Assembly (NCBI GenBank): GCA_963665485.1 | Contig: OY762227.1 | Location: forward strand, 2,864,784-2,928,783 | Direction of reading: 5' to 3' | DNA: 64,000 nt | Origin: Bacteroidales bacterium | GTDB lineage: Bacteria; Bacteroidota; Bacteroidia; Bacteroidales; UBA4417 | The notes under the pieces: model-generated | Told to the model about the DNA's origin: nothing | The model's database searches: none | What the model saw: only the letters and a program-made list of their open reading frames with translations | Program-made: the position numbers and the translations under genes | Shown: positions 1-10,185 of the stretch, in pieces | Layout: each line of letters begins with the position of its first letter | Position numbering within the stretch: the first letter of the stretch is position 1

Positions 1-112
1 AAAATGATAGTTCATTGGTATAAATTACCTCTAACCCCAACAGATTGTTCAGCATAAGTTGCATGGTAAAATGCAGACGGTTAGTTTCTTTTGGAGTCAG
101 GATTAAAAACAT
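1..112 (-). CDS. 5' part of a CDS running off the window; possibly a Bacteroidota polysaccharide deacetylase-like protein
   Basis: Manual translation from ATG at 112 gives MFLILTPKETNRLHFTMQLMLNNLLGLEVIYTNELSF, open to the edge. It resembles the 'MLLIY..T.RL.Y....I...ILG' N-terminus I recall for this family. Confidence 0.45.
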   Translation of the reverse strand, partial: MFLILTPKETNRLHFTMQLMLNNLLGLEVIYTNELSF

Positions 113-473
113 CAGAGCAGAAGATATTAAGCAAAAATACGTTTTTTATCGTACTTCTTCTTCGTAAGAGATTTATTGTCAAAATTTCAATTTAAATGGC
201 ATAGATGTTTCCTGACGTTAATATAGAAATCTTAAATTTAATGAATGATGCAGATTTATTCCTCTTGCCAGTCATACTATAATTACAAAACCAAAAGTAA
301 TTATTGATAAGATTGAAGGAATGTATGAGTTGGTTTTATCTGTTTTCATTTTTATTAACAAAGCGGCTCTCATTAGCCGAATTGTTTTACTTTTGAATTT
401 GTATATTTTTACTTTTTCAGAATATGTATCAATGGTAATAATTCTGGAATAGTAAACTAACCTTCAGTGTAAT

Positions 474-2351
474 ATGGATAATTTTATAGTATCGGCACGA
501 AAATATCGTCCTGTTACCTTCAGCACGGTTGTGGGGCAAATTTCGATTACCGGCACCCTCAAGAATGCTATTCGTAACAACCAGCTCGCGCAAGCCTTTC
601 TTTTCTGCGGACCTCGTGGAGTTGGCAAAACTACTTGTGCCCGCATTCTTGCCAAGACGATAAACTGCCTGCACCCTACTTCCGATACCGAGCCTTGTAA
701 CGAATGTTCTTCCTGTATTGCGTTTAACGATTCAGCCTCATTCAACATTCATGAACTGGATGCCGCATCCAACAACAGTGTTGATGATATCCGCAACCTG
801 GTGGACCAGGTAAGGATACCGCCGCAAATGGGAAAATATAAAGTGTATATCATTGATGAGGTTCATATGCTTTCGTCAGCCGCATTTAACGCATTTCTGA
901 AAACTCTTGAAGAGCCTCCGGCATACGCCAAATTTATCCTTGCCACCACCGAAAAGCACAAAATCATTCCTACAATTCTTTCGCGTTGCCAGATTTTTGA
1001 TTTTAAACGTATTACAGTCGATGATATCGCAAAGCATCTTTTGTTTGTAGCTAATAGTGAGGGAGTTACGGCCGATCCTGAAGCTCTTCACATTATTGCC
1101 CATAAAGCGGATGGCGCACTTCGCGATGCATTGTCAGTTTTTGATCAGATGGTAAATCTTGGTGATCGCAATATCAGCCGTGAGCTTGTGCTCGAAAACC
1201 TGAATGTACTCGATTACGAATATTACTTCCGTATTATGGAGTATATGCGAAATGGAAATTTTAAGGATACTTTGCTGATTATTAACGAGGTAATAGAAAA
1301 GGGATTCGATGGTCAACACTTTATTACCGGAATGGGCGAACATCTGCGTAATTTGCTCATGAGCATTGACGCTGCCACTGTTAAGTTAATAGAAACCAGT
1401 GATGTGATCCGTGCAAAATATTCGAACCAGGCCCGCGCAATACCAATGCAACTTTTGATAGATGCTATGGATATCATCAACAAGTGTGATATTACGTACC
1501 GTACATCGAATAATAAGAGGCTGGCGCTTGAGGTTCCTCTTATCCAGATATGCAAACAGAGCGGTCAAATGTTAATGCAGGCTGGAATTCAACCTGTGGC
1601 ACAAGTTGCAGTGAATACAGAAACTAAACCTGCGCCAACAGGTGTTTCTCAACCCCAGGTAATTGCGGAACCAGTTCCACCAGTTGCAAAACCTGCAGGG
1701 GCAATTGTAGCAGCTATACCAGAACCCGTTCCAACCCCGATTTCTGTTCCGGCTTTACCTGAAACTCCCGTTGCCGAAACTAAGCTTCAGCCTGAAATTA
1801 CAGTTTCCGAGGTTATTGCCCAACCCGAACCCCGGAAAGTATCCGAACCTGAAGTTAGTGAAACACCTGAACATGATGTTCCTGTTCAGTCACATCACAG
1901 GTCAAGTTTTTCGATAAAATCTGTTTTGCAGGCTGATCAGTTAGCCGGTTCAGTAAAAGCTGACCTGGTAAAAGATAGAACCGGAATATTTACTTTTGAG
2001 CAGATTGAAGAAGCACTCTTACGCTTTGCTGAATTAAAGAAATTTGATTCTGCCTTGTTTTATGCAGCTTTAACCTCATATAAAGCCGTATTGCAGCCTG
2101 AGAATGTGCTTCTGCTTACAGTCGGCAATACAGTTCTTGCAAAGGAATTAAATGACCGACGCAACCTGCTTCTCGAATTCCTGCGTGATGAGCTGAAAAA
2201 CGACTTTATCACTTTGCAAATAGTAGTTACTGAGCAGCAGACTGAGACAAAAAAATACATGAACGACCGCGACAAACTGGATGCTATGGCCGCGCAGAAT
2301 CCAAATGTAAACAGGCTCAGAGATCAACTGAACCTGGAATTAGATATTTAA
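474..2351 (+). CDS. dnaX: DNA polymerase III subunit gamma/tau
   Basis: ARKYRP, Walker A GPRGVGKT, Cys4 zinc motif, IDEVHMLS, SRCQ; Pro/Glu-rich linker and C-terminal domain in a single frame. Confidence 0.97.
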   Translation: MDNFIVSARKYRPVTFSTVVGQISITGTLKNAIRNNQLAQAFLFCGPRGVGKTTCARILAKTINCLHPTSDTEPCNECSSCIAFNDSASFNIHELDAASNNSVDDIRNLVDQVRIPPQMGKYKVYIIDEVHMLSSAAFNAFLKTLEEPPAYAKFILATTEKHKIIPTILSRCQIFDFKRITVDDIAKHLLFVANSEGVTADPEALHIIAHKADGALRDALSVFDQMVNLGDRNISRELVLENLNVLDYEYYFRIMEYMRNGNFKDTLLIINEVIEKGFDGQHFITGMGEHLRNLLMSIDAATVKLIETSDVIRAKYSNQARAIPMQLLIDAMDIINKCDITYRTSNNKRLALEVPLIQICKQSGQMLMQAGIQPVAQVAVNTETKPAPTGVSQPQVIAEPVPPVAKPAGAIVAAIPEPVPTPISVPALPETPVAETKLQPEITVSEVIAQPEPRKVSEPEVSETPEHDVPVQSHHRSSFSIKSVLQADQLAGSVKADLVKDRTGIFTFEQIEEALLRFAELKKFDSALFYAALTSYKAVLQPENVLLLTVGNTVLAKELNDRRNLLLEFLRDELKNDFITLQIVVTEQQTETKKYMNDRDKLDAMAAQNPNVNRLRDQLNLELDI

Positions 2352-2447
2352 ATTGCAGATTTCAAACTATAGGCTGGCTCTGCCCTAAATTCTGTACGGA
2401 ATATTTTATTATTTCCTTACATCCTGTTACCATTGAACTTAGTATTT

Positions 2448-3014
2448 ATGAAAAAAAAACTCGCCCGGATTATTTTAAAGCTATTTGGATGGAAAGTTGT
2501 CGTTAAGCTTCCGCCGGATTCAAAAAAAATGGTAGTAATGATGGCTCCTCATACCAGCAACTGGGATTTTTTGATTGGATACCTTGGCTATATGTCAATC
2601 GGTGTGGATTCGAAATATCTGGTAAAAAAGGAAGCATTTGTTTTCCCACTTGGCGGAATGTTAAAAGCTGTTGGCGGAATTCCTGTCGATCGTAAAGCCA
2701 GCACGAACATTGTGTTACAGGTTGGTGAAATGTTTAAAATGTATGATAGCCTTTACATTACAATAACTCCCGAAGGAACCCGAAGCCTGAACCGTAACTG
2801 GAAGCGTGGGTTTTACTATATTGCGGCTAACGCTCATGTTCCTATTGCATTTGGGTTTCTCGACTATAAAAATAAAATTGGCGGAATAGGTGGTTGGTTA
2901 ATCCCAACAGGTGATTACGATACTGATTTAAAGAAAATTGAAGAATTTTATTCGGATAAAAGCGCAAAATATCCCGAAAAATTTAATCTCAGCGTTCACA
3001 ATCTGGCAAAGTAA
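2448..3014 (+). CDS. 1-acyl-sn-glycerol-3-phosphate acyltransferase family (PlsC-like)
   Basis: PHTSNWD (HX4D) and PEGTR motifs; ATG at 2448 preferred as start. Confidence 0.9.
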   Translation: MKKKLARIILKLFGWKVVVKLPPDSKKMVVMMAPHTSNWDFLIGYLGYMSIGVDSKYLVKKEAFVFPLGGMLKAVGGIPVDRKASTNIVLQVGEMFKMYDSLYITITPEGTRSLNRNWKRGFYYIAANAHVPIAFGFLDYKNKIGGIGGWLIPTGDYDTDLKKIEEFYSDKSAKYPEKFNLSVHNLAK

Positions 3015-3122
3015 TTTGTCGAAAGCTGTCTTACCTTAAAATTTTCAGGAATTAGACGATGATAAATTGAATCTAACAACATTCTGCGTATTTCTACCAA
3101 TCCTAAAGCCCCAGATATTACG

Positions 3123-4001
3123 ATGCAACTCCTTACCCCATCTCATTTTACCGATTATGAACTTATTGATTCAGGAGGTTTCGAGAAACTGGAACGTTTC
3201 GGGCAATATGTATTGATCCGTCCTGAGCCGCAAGCTATCTGGAACCGCTCGATGAGTGAAGCTGAGTGGGATAAAATGTCGTCGGCAGCATTCAAACTGG
3301 AGAAAAATGATACCGAAAAAGGACGATGGATACTGAAGAAAAGTATGCCTGAACAGTGGCGTATCAATTATTCGTACAAACAAATGAATTTCAATGCCAG
3401 GCTTGGTCTTACATCTTTTCGGCATATTGGTATTTTCCCTGAACAGGCACCCAATTGGGATTATATTTATGACCAGGTAACGGCTTCAAAAGATCAGCAT
3501 CCGAAAGTACTTAACCTCTTTGCATATACCGGCGCTGCTTCGCTGGCTGCCCGCACGGCAGGAGCTGAGGTGGTTCACGTTGATTCGGTGAAACCTGTCA
3601 TCAGCTGGGCTCGCGAAAATATGGAAAACAGCCAGCTTGAAAATATTCGCTGGGTAGTGGAGGACGCATTGAAGTTTGTGCAACGCGAAGTTCGCCGTGG
3701 CAATACCTATTCGGGAATTATCCTCGATCCGCCGGCATATGGCCGTGGTGCCGATGGAGAAAAATGGATTCTTGACGATAATCTGAATGAAATGATAATG
3801 CTATGCAGTAAACTGCTGCTTCCCCAAAACAGCTTTCTCATCCTGAATATGTATTCAATCGGGTTTTCTGCGTTGGTAGGTAATAATCTGATCAACAGTT
3901 ATTTCAACAGGAAAGAAAAAAATGAATTTGGGGAATTATACCTTGCCGATAAGTTTGGTAAAAAGCTTCCATTGGGAACGTTTCTGCGTTTTAACCGTTA
4001 A
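3123..4001 (+). CDS. Class I SAM-dependent methyltransferase (RlmI/RlmK-like)
   Basis: VLNLFAYTG SAM-binding motif and ILDPPAYG motif. Confidence 0.88.
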   Translation: MQLLTPSHFTDYELIDSGGFEKLERFGQYVLIRPEPQAIWNRSMSEAEWDKMSSAAFKLEKNDTEKGRWILKKSMPEQWRINYSYKQMNFNARLGLTSFRHIGIFPEQAPNWDYIYDQVTASKDQHPKVLNLFAYTGAASLAARTAGAEVVHVDSVKPVISWARENMENSQLENIRWVVEDALKFVQREVRRGNTYSGIILDPPAYGRGADGEKWILDDNLNEMIMLCSKLLLPQNSFLILNMYSIGFSALVGNNLINSYFNRKEKNEFGELYLADKFGKKLPLGTFLRFNR

Positions 4002-4035
4002 AGATTATATCCAGTTTATTTTTCTTTCGAAGGAA

Positions 4036-5364
4036 TTATTTTTTTTCAAAACTTCCTGTCCCTATCAATTCATCATATAATTCGCCTCGCGACCGGTGAT
4101 AGACCAGGATAGTATAGTTGTTTTTCGTTTCCGAATGATTTCCTTCTATCCATGTTGCGTCACCCGCCTTCGAGTTATTAGGAAGCATTACATATAAGTA
4201 ATTATAATATCCTTGCTTGAAAAGTATACTGGCTTCATAGGCTTTTTTTCGGTAATTGTATTCCATCTTGTTTTCAGGCGTGTACTGCCAGCAATTAAAT
4301 CCTCCGGCAACATAAAGGTTTCCTTCAACTATTGGCGCATCGAAAGGAAGAAAAAATTTTACCATAGCGTATTCCCCGTAATTTGAAACAGATGGATAAT
4401 CAGTGGTTTTCAAGAGGAATTTTCCGTTTATATCTTCATCAAATGAATATTCTTTATAGGTTCGTTTTTCACTTTCCCAAAGTTTAGCGTAAAACATTGA
4501 ATCATCAAAAGTTATCTCCCGCACTTTTTCCGAAATCAGTTTAATGCTCGATAAATCAAATCGTCGGAACTCATTAATCCCATCAAACAGATTGGTGCCA
4601 TTATCGAACGAATAATCCAACACATCATTTCGAACCATATAAGGTTTAAGGTTAGTAAGTGCAATATCCCAGCGCCAGTTCTGCAGAATCACAACTTTTA
4701 TATCCTGGTATGGGGCATCAATTCGGAATCCCGCTGCGTTAATTGTAAAATCGACCTCCTGCTTGGTTTCATAATCTTCGGAAGTTCCAGCCCGGCTGAT
4801 AGTTGCATCAATAGAAACCTTAGGATCGACCACCAGGAATCTTCGGGTAAATGCGTTGATTTCGTGTCCTGATGGGTCGCGCGAATACACCCTTACTATA
4901 TAATTTCCTGATTTTTTTAAAATAAACCGATCATTCGGAAAACTGAATTCATAATGAGTATAGATGGTGCGGGTGTTAAATGAAGGTTCGTAGTTTTCAA
5001 CCTGATCTTCCTCAGAGCCCTCGAGGTATTCATTTGTCCAGATTTCCGATTTAGCCCAATCGGCATTGCAATGCTGAACCTGGTAATAGTATTGGGTGAA
5101 ATTTCGGTGTAAATCGTCAAAAACCACATGAAATTGTTCGTCGCTACCTAATGTGATGATGGGATCGGCAAGATCAAATCCTACCCGCGAAAGTTCTACT
5201 GCCTGTATGTATTTCTGGTATACATGATTATCGTTACGCAAATAGTTGTCCGAATAAAAATCAGCTGTATCAGGAACAATTCCTGAAACTGCTCCGGATA
5301 CCTTCAGCCCGGGAAATAGTATAAGGAATAGAACCGGTAAATAAGCAATGAATCGTAGTTTCAT
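4036..5364 (-). CDS. DUF5103 protein (T9SS plug-like)
   Basis: HCNADW, SFNT..YTHY, SGNY, KQGYYNY and ETKNNY motifs; signal peptide follows ATG 5364. Confidence 0.78.
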   Translation of the reverse strand: MKLRFIAYLPVLFLILFPGLKVSGAVSGIVPDTADFYSDNYLRNDNHVYQKYIQAVELSRVGFDLADPIITLGSDEQFHVVFDDLHRNFTQYYYQVQHCNADWAKSEIWTNEYLEGSEEDQVENYEPSFNTRTIYTHYEFSFPNDRFILKKSGNYIVRVYSRDPSGHEINAFTRRFLVVDPKVSIDATISRAGTSEDYETKQEVDFTINAAGFRIDAPYQDIKVVILQNWRWDIALTNLKPYMVRNDVLDYSFDNGTNLFDGINEFRRFDLSSIKLISEKVREITFDDSMFYAKLWESEKRTYKEYSFDEDINGKFLLKTTDYPSVSNYGEYAMVKFFLPFDAPIVEGNLYVAGGFNCWQYTPENKMEYNYRKKAYEASILFKQGYYNYLYVMLPNNSKAGDATWIEGNHSETKNNYTILVYHRSRGELYDELIGTGSFEKK

Positions 5365-5703
5365 ATTTCTTCCAGGAATGAAGTTTCGTTGTGCAAATGT
5401 AAAACATTGCAGGAATACTTTAGTATAACACAAATGATGCCTGAATAGTATATCTGATTTTTTCAATGTTATTTCAATTTTATCATATTCTTGATAAAGA
5501 GGATATTAAATTTGAATTTTATTCCTGCTAACTGATTATTACTCCGGTTTTTTAAAACCTGGACCAGCTTGAAATGTCACCCCAAAAGTAGAGATTGACA
5601 TTTTTGGTTGATAAAAAAAATAACCCTGCCTTTACGCCGTTTTTTTTTATTATTTTCGCTCTTTCAAATAATTTTCAGAAAGATATTCTCAATCTTCATC
5701 CCA

Positions 5704-6726
5704 ATGAATTCATTAACCCGGAAACTTTTTCTGTTTTCTCTGCTGTGTATAATTCTGCTTACATCCTGCAGGCATCGGAAAGAGCCGGTGCTTATTAAAA
5801 TAGGTGGTGAAACCCAGGGAACATACTATACAATTACCTATTATCATGATGATAGCACCAATTTAAAGCCAGCTATTGATTCGCTTTTTCGCAGGTTCGA
5901 TTCCACGGCCTCTGCATATAAGACTAATTCCATAATTTCGAGGATGAATAATAACGATCCTTCCGTAAAAGCTGATGAAATGTTTAGTGCGATTTTTCAG
6001 AAAGCCATGGAAGTTTCAGAAAAAACGCAAGGCGCATTCGATATTACAGTAGGCCCACTGGTTTCGGCCTGGGGATTCGGCCAGGGAAACCGTGTAAAAA
6101 TGAGTCAACGTATTGTCGACAGCCTGATGCCAATGGTTGGATATCACAAAGTAATGCTCGATAATGGTAAACTGGTTAAAACCGATCCACGGATCCGTAT
6201 CGATTATAATGCCATTGCCCAGGGATATGCAGTGGATGTTGTTGCCGGCTTCCTTGATTCAAAGGGAATTCAGTCGTATCTTATCGATATTGGCGGCGAA
6301 GTACTTGCCCGCCGTACAAAACCAGGTGGAGACAAATGGAGTGTAGCTATCGAAATGCCAACCAAAACAGCTGACGATCCTCGTAAAATTCAGACTGTTG
6401 TTTTGCTTCAGGATATGGCTATTTCTACTTCAGGCAGCTACCGAAAATTCTACGAGGAAAATGGAATCAGGTATTCGCATACCATCGATCCCTCAACTGG
6501 CTATCCTGTAAAACATACTACCTTAAGTGTGTCGGTACTCGCCGATGACTGCATGACAGCTGATGCCTATGCCACAGCATTTATGGTGATGGGTGTCGAA
6601 AAAGGCAAAGAGTATCTGAAAAAAAATCCTAAACTTGAAGTGTATTTTATTTACACAGCTCCTGATGGAAGTATGAAATCATATTTTACAAAGGGATTCG
6701 GCAAACATTTACGTAATGACAAATAA
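5704..6726 (+). CDS. apbE: FAD:protein FMN transferase (lipoprotein)
   Basis: Lipobox LTSC; AFDITVGPL, AIAQGYAVD, IGGE, STSGSY, HTIDP, ADAYATA. Confidence 0.92.
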   Translation: MNSLTRKLFLFSLLCIILLTSCRHRKEPVLIKIGGETQGTYYTITYYHDDSTNLKPAIDSLFRRFDSTASAYKTNSIISRMNNNDPSVKADEMFSAIFQKAMEVSEKTQGAFDITVGPLVSAWGFGQGNRVKMSQRIVDSLMPMVGYHKVMLDNGKLVKTDPRIRIDYNAIAQGYAVDVVAGFLDSKGIQSYLIDIGGEVLARRTKPGGDKWSVAIEMPTKTADDPRKIQTVVLLQDMAISTSGSYRKFYEENGIRYSHTIDPSTGYPVKHTTLSVSVLADDCMTADAYATAFMVMGVEKGKEYLKKNPKLEVYFIYTAPDGSMKSYFTKGFGKHLRNDK

Positions 6727-6823
6727 AGTAATAATCACCAATAACTGATTATCAGCCTAATAGAAATTTCAATTACACCCAATCTTAAATTACAAACTTG
6801 AACCATAATTAAATCCTGTCAGC

Positions 6824-8710
6824 ATGAAATTAATTCCATCTTTATTGCTCATCCTGTCCATGAATCTGGTACAGGCACAGACCAGCACTCTAAACCTGAT
6901 ACCGCAACCTGTTGAAATAAAACAGAATAGTGGTTCGTTTACTTTAACAAAATCCGCAACCGTTGGATTTAACAAACCCGAAAGCCGTGAAATCGCCTTA
7001 ATGCTGGTGCAAAAATTAAACCTTTCTACTGGATTTGGAATCAAAGCCATTCAAGGAAATAAATCTGCGATTCAGCTTAATTTAAACGCTGTCCCTGATC
7101 AAGTGCTTGGAAAAGAAGGATATTCCCTGGTTTCGACCTCTAAAGGAGTTACTATCACTGCTAATCAGCCTGCAGGTCTATATTATGGAATGCAGACTTT
7201 GTTTCAACTCTTGCCCAAAGAGATTGAGAGCAAGAATGTTGTGAAAACAAAATGGGTGCTTCCTGCTGTTAAGATTACGGATTATCCTCGTTTTGGCTGG
7301 CGCGGACTTATGTTCGATGTTAGCCGCCATTTCTTTAGTAAAGAAGATGTTAAATCGTATATTAACGAAATGGCTCGTTTGAAATTCAATACATTTCACT
7401 GGCATCTTACTGATGATGAAGGATGGCGCATCGAAATTAAGTCGTTACCTAAATTAACTGAAGTAGGCGCGTGGCGCGTTCAGCGTTATGGACACTTTGG
7501 TGATCGCGATTTTCCCAAGCCAGGTGAAAAAGCTACAGATGGTGGATTCTATACCCAGGATGATATACGTGAGGTGATAAAATACGCTGCAGAGCGAAAC
7601 ATTACCATTGTTCCAGAAATTGACGTTCCCGGTCATAGTATGGCTGCTATAGCATCGTATCCTGAGCTGAGTTGCAAAAAAGACACAAGCACACGCGTAA
7701 ACCCGGGAAGTCCTTTTTCAGATTGGTTTGGAAACGGTACATTTAAAATGAATATCGAAAATGCATTGAATCCTTCAGATGAAAATGTGTATGTTTTTTT
7801 GGATAAAGTTTTTACTGAAGTGGCAGCGCTTTTCCCCGGGCAATATATTCATGTAGGTGGTGATGAATGTTACAAGGGCTACTGGGCCCAGGATGAAGGT
7901 TGCCAGAATTTGATGAAAAAGCTAGGAATCAGGCATGTAGAAGACTTGCAGGGTTATTTTATGAATAGGGTAGAGGCAATACTTAAAGCCAAAGGCAAAA
8001 AGCTAATTGGCTGGGACGAGATACTGGATGGCGGGATTTCGCCCGAAGCTACTGTAATGAGCTGGCGGGGAATTAAAGGAGGAATTGAAGCAGCCAGACT
8101 GGGCCACGATGTTGTAATGACGCCAACAACATTTGCATACCTCGATTATACCCAGGGCGATCGTACTGTTGATCCTCCGATTTATGCCGGTTTACGCTTA
8201 AATAAATGCTATAGTTTTGAACCGGTTCCTGATGGGGTTAATGCAAAATTCATCCTGGGAGGTCAGGGAAATCTATGGACTGAACAAGTGCCTACTCTTC
8301 GTTATGCTCAATATATGATTTTCCCGCGTGCATGGGCCCTGGCAGAGGTTTACTGGTCGCCGAAAGAAAGCAAAAACTGGAACAATTTTACAAAACGTGT
8401 CGAAAATCAATTTGACCGCTCTGATGTGGCTGAAATCAACTATTCAAAAGCCATCTATGACGCTATTATCAAAACCAGCCTTAAAGACGGAAAACTTGAA
8501 GTAACAATGGAATCGGAACTGCCTGATCTCGAAATCTATTATACCCTTGATGACGCAATGCCCGACAAATTTACAGCAAAATATTCACAGCCGATTGAGC
8601 TTCCTCATGGCCCCGTAACTTTGCGCGTTATAACGTATCGCGATGGCAAACCCATTGGTCATCTCATTACTTTGAAAAGAGAAGAACTCGAAAGAAGGGC
8701 CGGGAATTAA
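6824..8710 (+). CDS. GH20 beta-N-acetylhexosaminidase
   Basis: DYPRFGWRGLMFDVSRHF, FHWHLTDDEGWR, EIDVPGH, HVGGDE; signal peptide and C-terminal chitobiase/FN3-like domain. Confidence 0.93.
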   Translation: MKLIPSLLLILSMNLVQAQTSTLNLIPQPVEIKQNSGSFTLTKSATVGFNKPESREIALMLVQKLNLSTGFGIKAIQGNKSAIQLNLNAVPDQVLGKEGYSLVSTSKGVTITANQPAGLYYGMQTLFQLLPKEIESKNVVKTKWVLPAVKITDYPRFGWRGLMFDVSRHFFSKEDVKSYINEMARLKFNTFHWHLTDDEGWRIEIKSLPKLTEVGAWRVQRYGHFGDRDFPKPGEKATDGGFYTQDDIREVIKYAAERNITIVPEIDVPGHSMAAIASYPELSCKKDTSTRVNPGSPFSDWFGNGTFKMNIENALNPSDENVYVFLDKVFTEVAALFPGQYIHVGGDECYKGYWAQDEGCQNLMKKLGIRHVEDLQGYFMNRVEAILKAKGKKLIGWDEILDGGISPEATVMSWRGIKGGIEAARLGHDVVMTPTTFAYLDYTQGDRTVDPPIYAGLRLNKCYSFEPVPDGVNAKFILGGQGNLWTEQVPTLRYAQYMIFPRAWALAEVYWSPKESKNWNNFTKRVENQFDRSDVAEINYSKAIYDAIIKTSLKDGKLEVTMESELPDLEIYYTLDDAMPDKFTAKYSQPIELPHGPVTLRVITYRDGKPIGHLITLKREELERRAGN

Positions 8711-8731
8711 TACGATCTGGCTCGCCCATTG

Positions 8732-8780
8732 TAATCACGCCCTTTCAGACTAATTCAATAATGCTCTGAAAGGGCGATTA
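8732..8780 (+). terminator. Hairpin after the GH20 gene
   Basis: CGCCCTTTCAGA / TCTGAAAGGGCG inverted repeat; weak U-tract. Confidence 0.55.
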
Positions 8781-8828
8781 TAATTTTACATCTGGCAAAT
8801 AAATACTGTAAAATAGAAGAAATAGCAA

Positions 8829-9998
8829 ATGATAATACTCGACAAGCCATACATCTCCGAATTTCTACTCAATACTCTGGAACAAAGTGGAATTCCTGTA
8901 ATTCACACCAATGTGGCTGATGAATATGCTAAAGGCAGGAATTTAAAGTTGCTTTCCCCTGAGGACGCAATTGCTCAGTATGAGGGAAGTGATAATAGTT
9001 TGCTTTACACCAATTCAGAAAATTCAATAAGCTGGATCGAAAATAACCTTCAGCACACAAGTCTGCCAGGGAAAATCAAATTGTTTAAAAACAAAGTTCT
9101 CTTCCGTGACCTTATCAGAGATATTTTTTCCGATTATTTTTATAAAAGCGTCACGGTTGATACTCTTGAAAGCATCGATATTACTGGTTTTCCACTTCCG
9201 TTTATCATAAAACCGGCAGTCGGATTTTTTAGTCTCGGAGTTTACAAAGTAGAGACCACAGAGGATTGGAATGAAACTGTTGAAACGATCAGAAAAGAAA
9301 TTGATCTTATCAAAAATTTATATCCGCCTGAAGTGTTGCATACCGGTGAATTTATTATTGAAGAATGTATTAACGGCGAGGAATTTGCCATAGATTGTTA
9401 TTTTAATGACGTAGGCAAACCTGTGATTTTAAATATAATGAAACACATCTTTTCCTCTGGTACTGATGTAAACGATAGGGTATATATTACTTCGAAAGAA
9501 ATAATCGAAAGCTTTAAAAGTCCACTAACTGCATTCCTTTCTGAAATAGGGAAACGTGCTGAACTTCAAAATTTTCCAGCACATGTTGAAGTGCGTATCG
9601 ATGAAAACGGATTGGTTGCTCCAATCGAAGTTAACCCGCTTCGTTTCGGTGGCTGGTGTTCCACACCCGACCTGGCATGGCATGCTTTCGGAATAAACCT
9701 ATACGAATATTTATTTCAGCACAAAGAACCCGATTGGTCTACAATTCTGAAAGATATGGATGGGGCTGTGTTCAGTAATATAGTTTTGAACAACAGTACC
9801 GGGATTGAGGGTAAGAATATACAATCGTTTGATTATGAAAAACTTCTGGCCGATTTCGAAAAACCGCTCGAATTAAGAAAGGCTGACTTTGGTAAATTTC
9901 CCCTGTTTGGCTTTTTATTCTGTGAAACCCGGAAACAAAATATGCCGGAACTTGATCGGATACTGATGTCGGATTTGAAAGAGTATATTACAATGTAA
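8829..9998 (+). CDS. ATP-grasp domain protein
   Basis: PFIIKPAVGFFS, IIEECINGEE, HVEVR..IEVNPLRFGG. Confidence 0.8.
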   Translation: MIILDKPYISEFLLNTLEQSGIPVIHTNVADEYAKGRNLKLLSPEDAIAQYEGSDNSLLYTNSENSISWIENNLQHTSLPGKIKLFKNKVLFRDLIRDIFSDYFYKSVTVDTLESIDITGFPLPFIIKPAVGFFSLGVYKVETTEDWNETVETIRKEIDLIKNLYPPEVLHTGEFIIEECINGEEFAIDCYFNDVGKPVILNIMKHIFSSGTDVNDRVYITSKEIIESFKSPLTAFLSEIGKRAELQNFPAHVEVRIDENGLVAPIEVNPLRFGGWCSTPDLAWHAFGINLYEYLFQHKEPDWSTILKDMDGAVFSNIVLNNSTGIEGKNIQSFDYEKLLADFEKPLELRKADFGKFPLFGFLFCETRKQNMPELDRILMSDLKEYITM

Positions 9999-10185
9999 AA
10001 AAAATCTTAGGCTGTATAAGGTTGTATTTTTTATAAATAAAGAAAGGGCAAGGGGCGCATCGACTCAGCTCAATGCCGCGAGAGAGGTGAATATTGAAAA
10101 AGACCTGTAAATTGTGCGGTTCGATTTATCTTTCTTCCGTCTTCCAACTTCCGACCTGATGAATCTGGCAAATTTATGCGGGCTA

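Noticed and set aside
1550-2000. Programmed frameshift producing DnaX gamma
   Set aside because: I saw no A-AAA-AAG or long A-run slippery site in the linker; the A7 near 2248 is too close to the end.
10040-10160. Degenerate REP-like (TCGACTCAGCTCAATG) and CTTCC-type 7-mer remnants
   Set aside because: Too decayed to define boundaries confidently.
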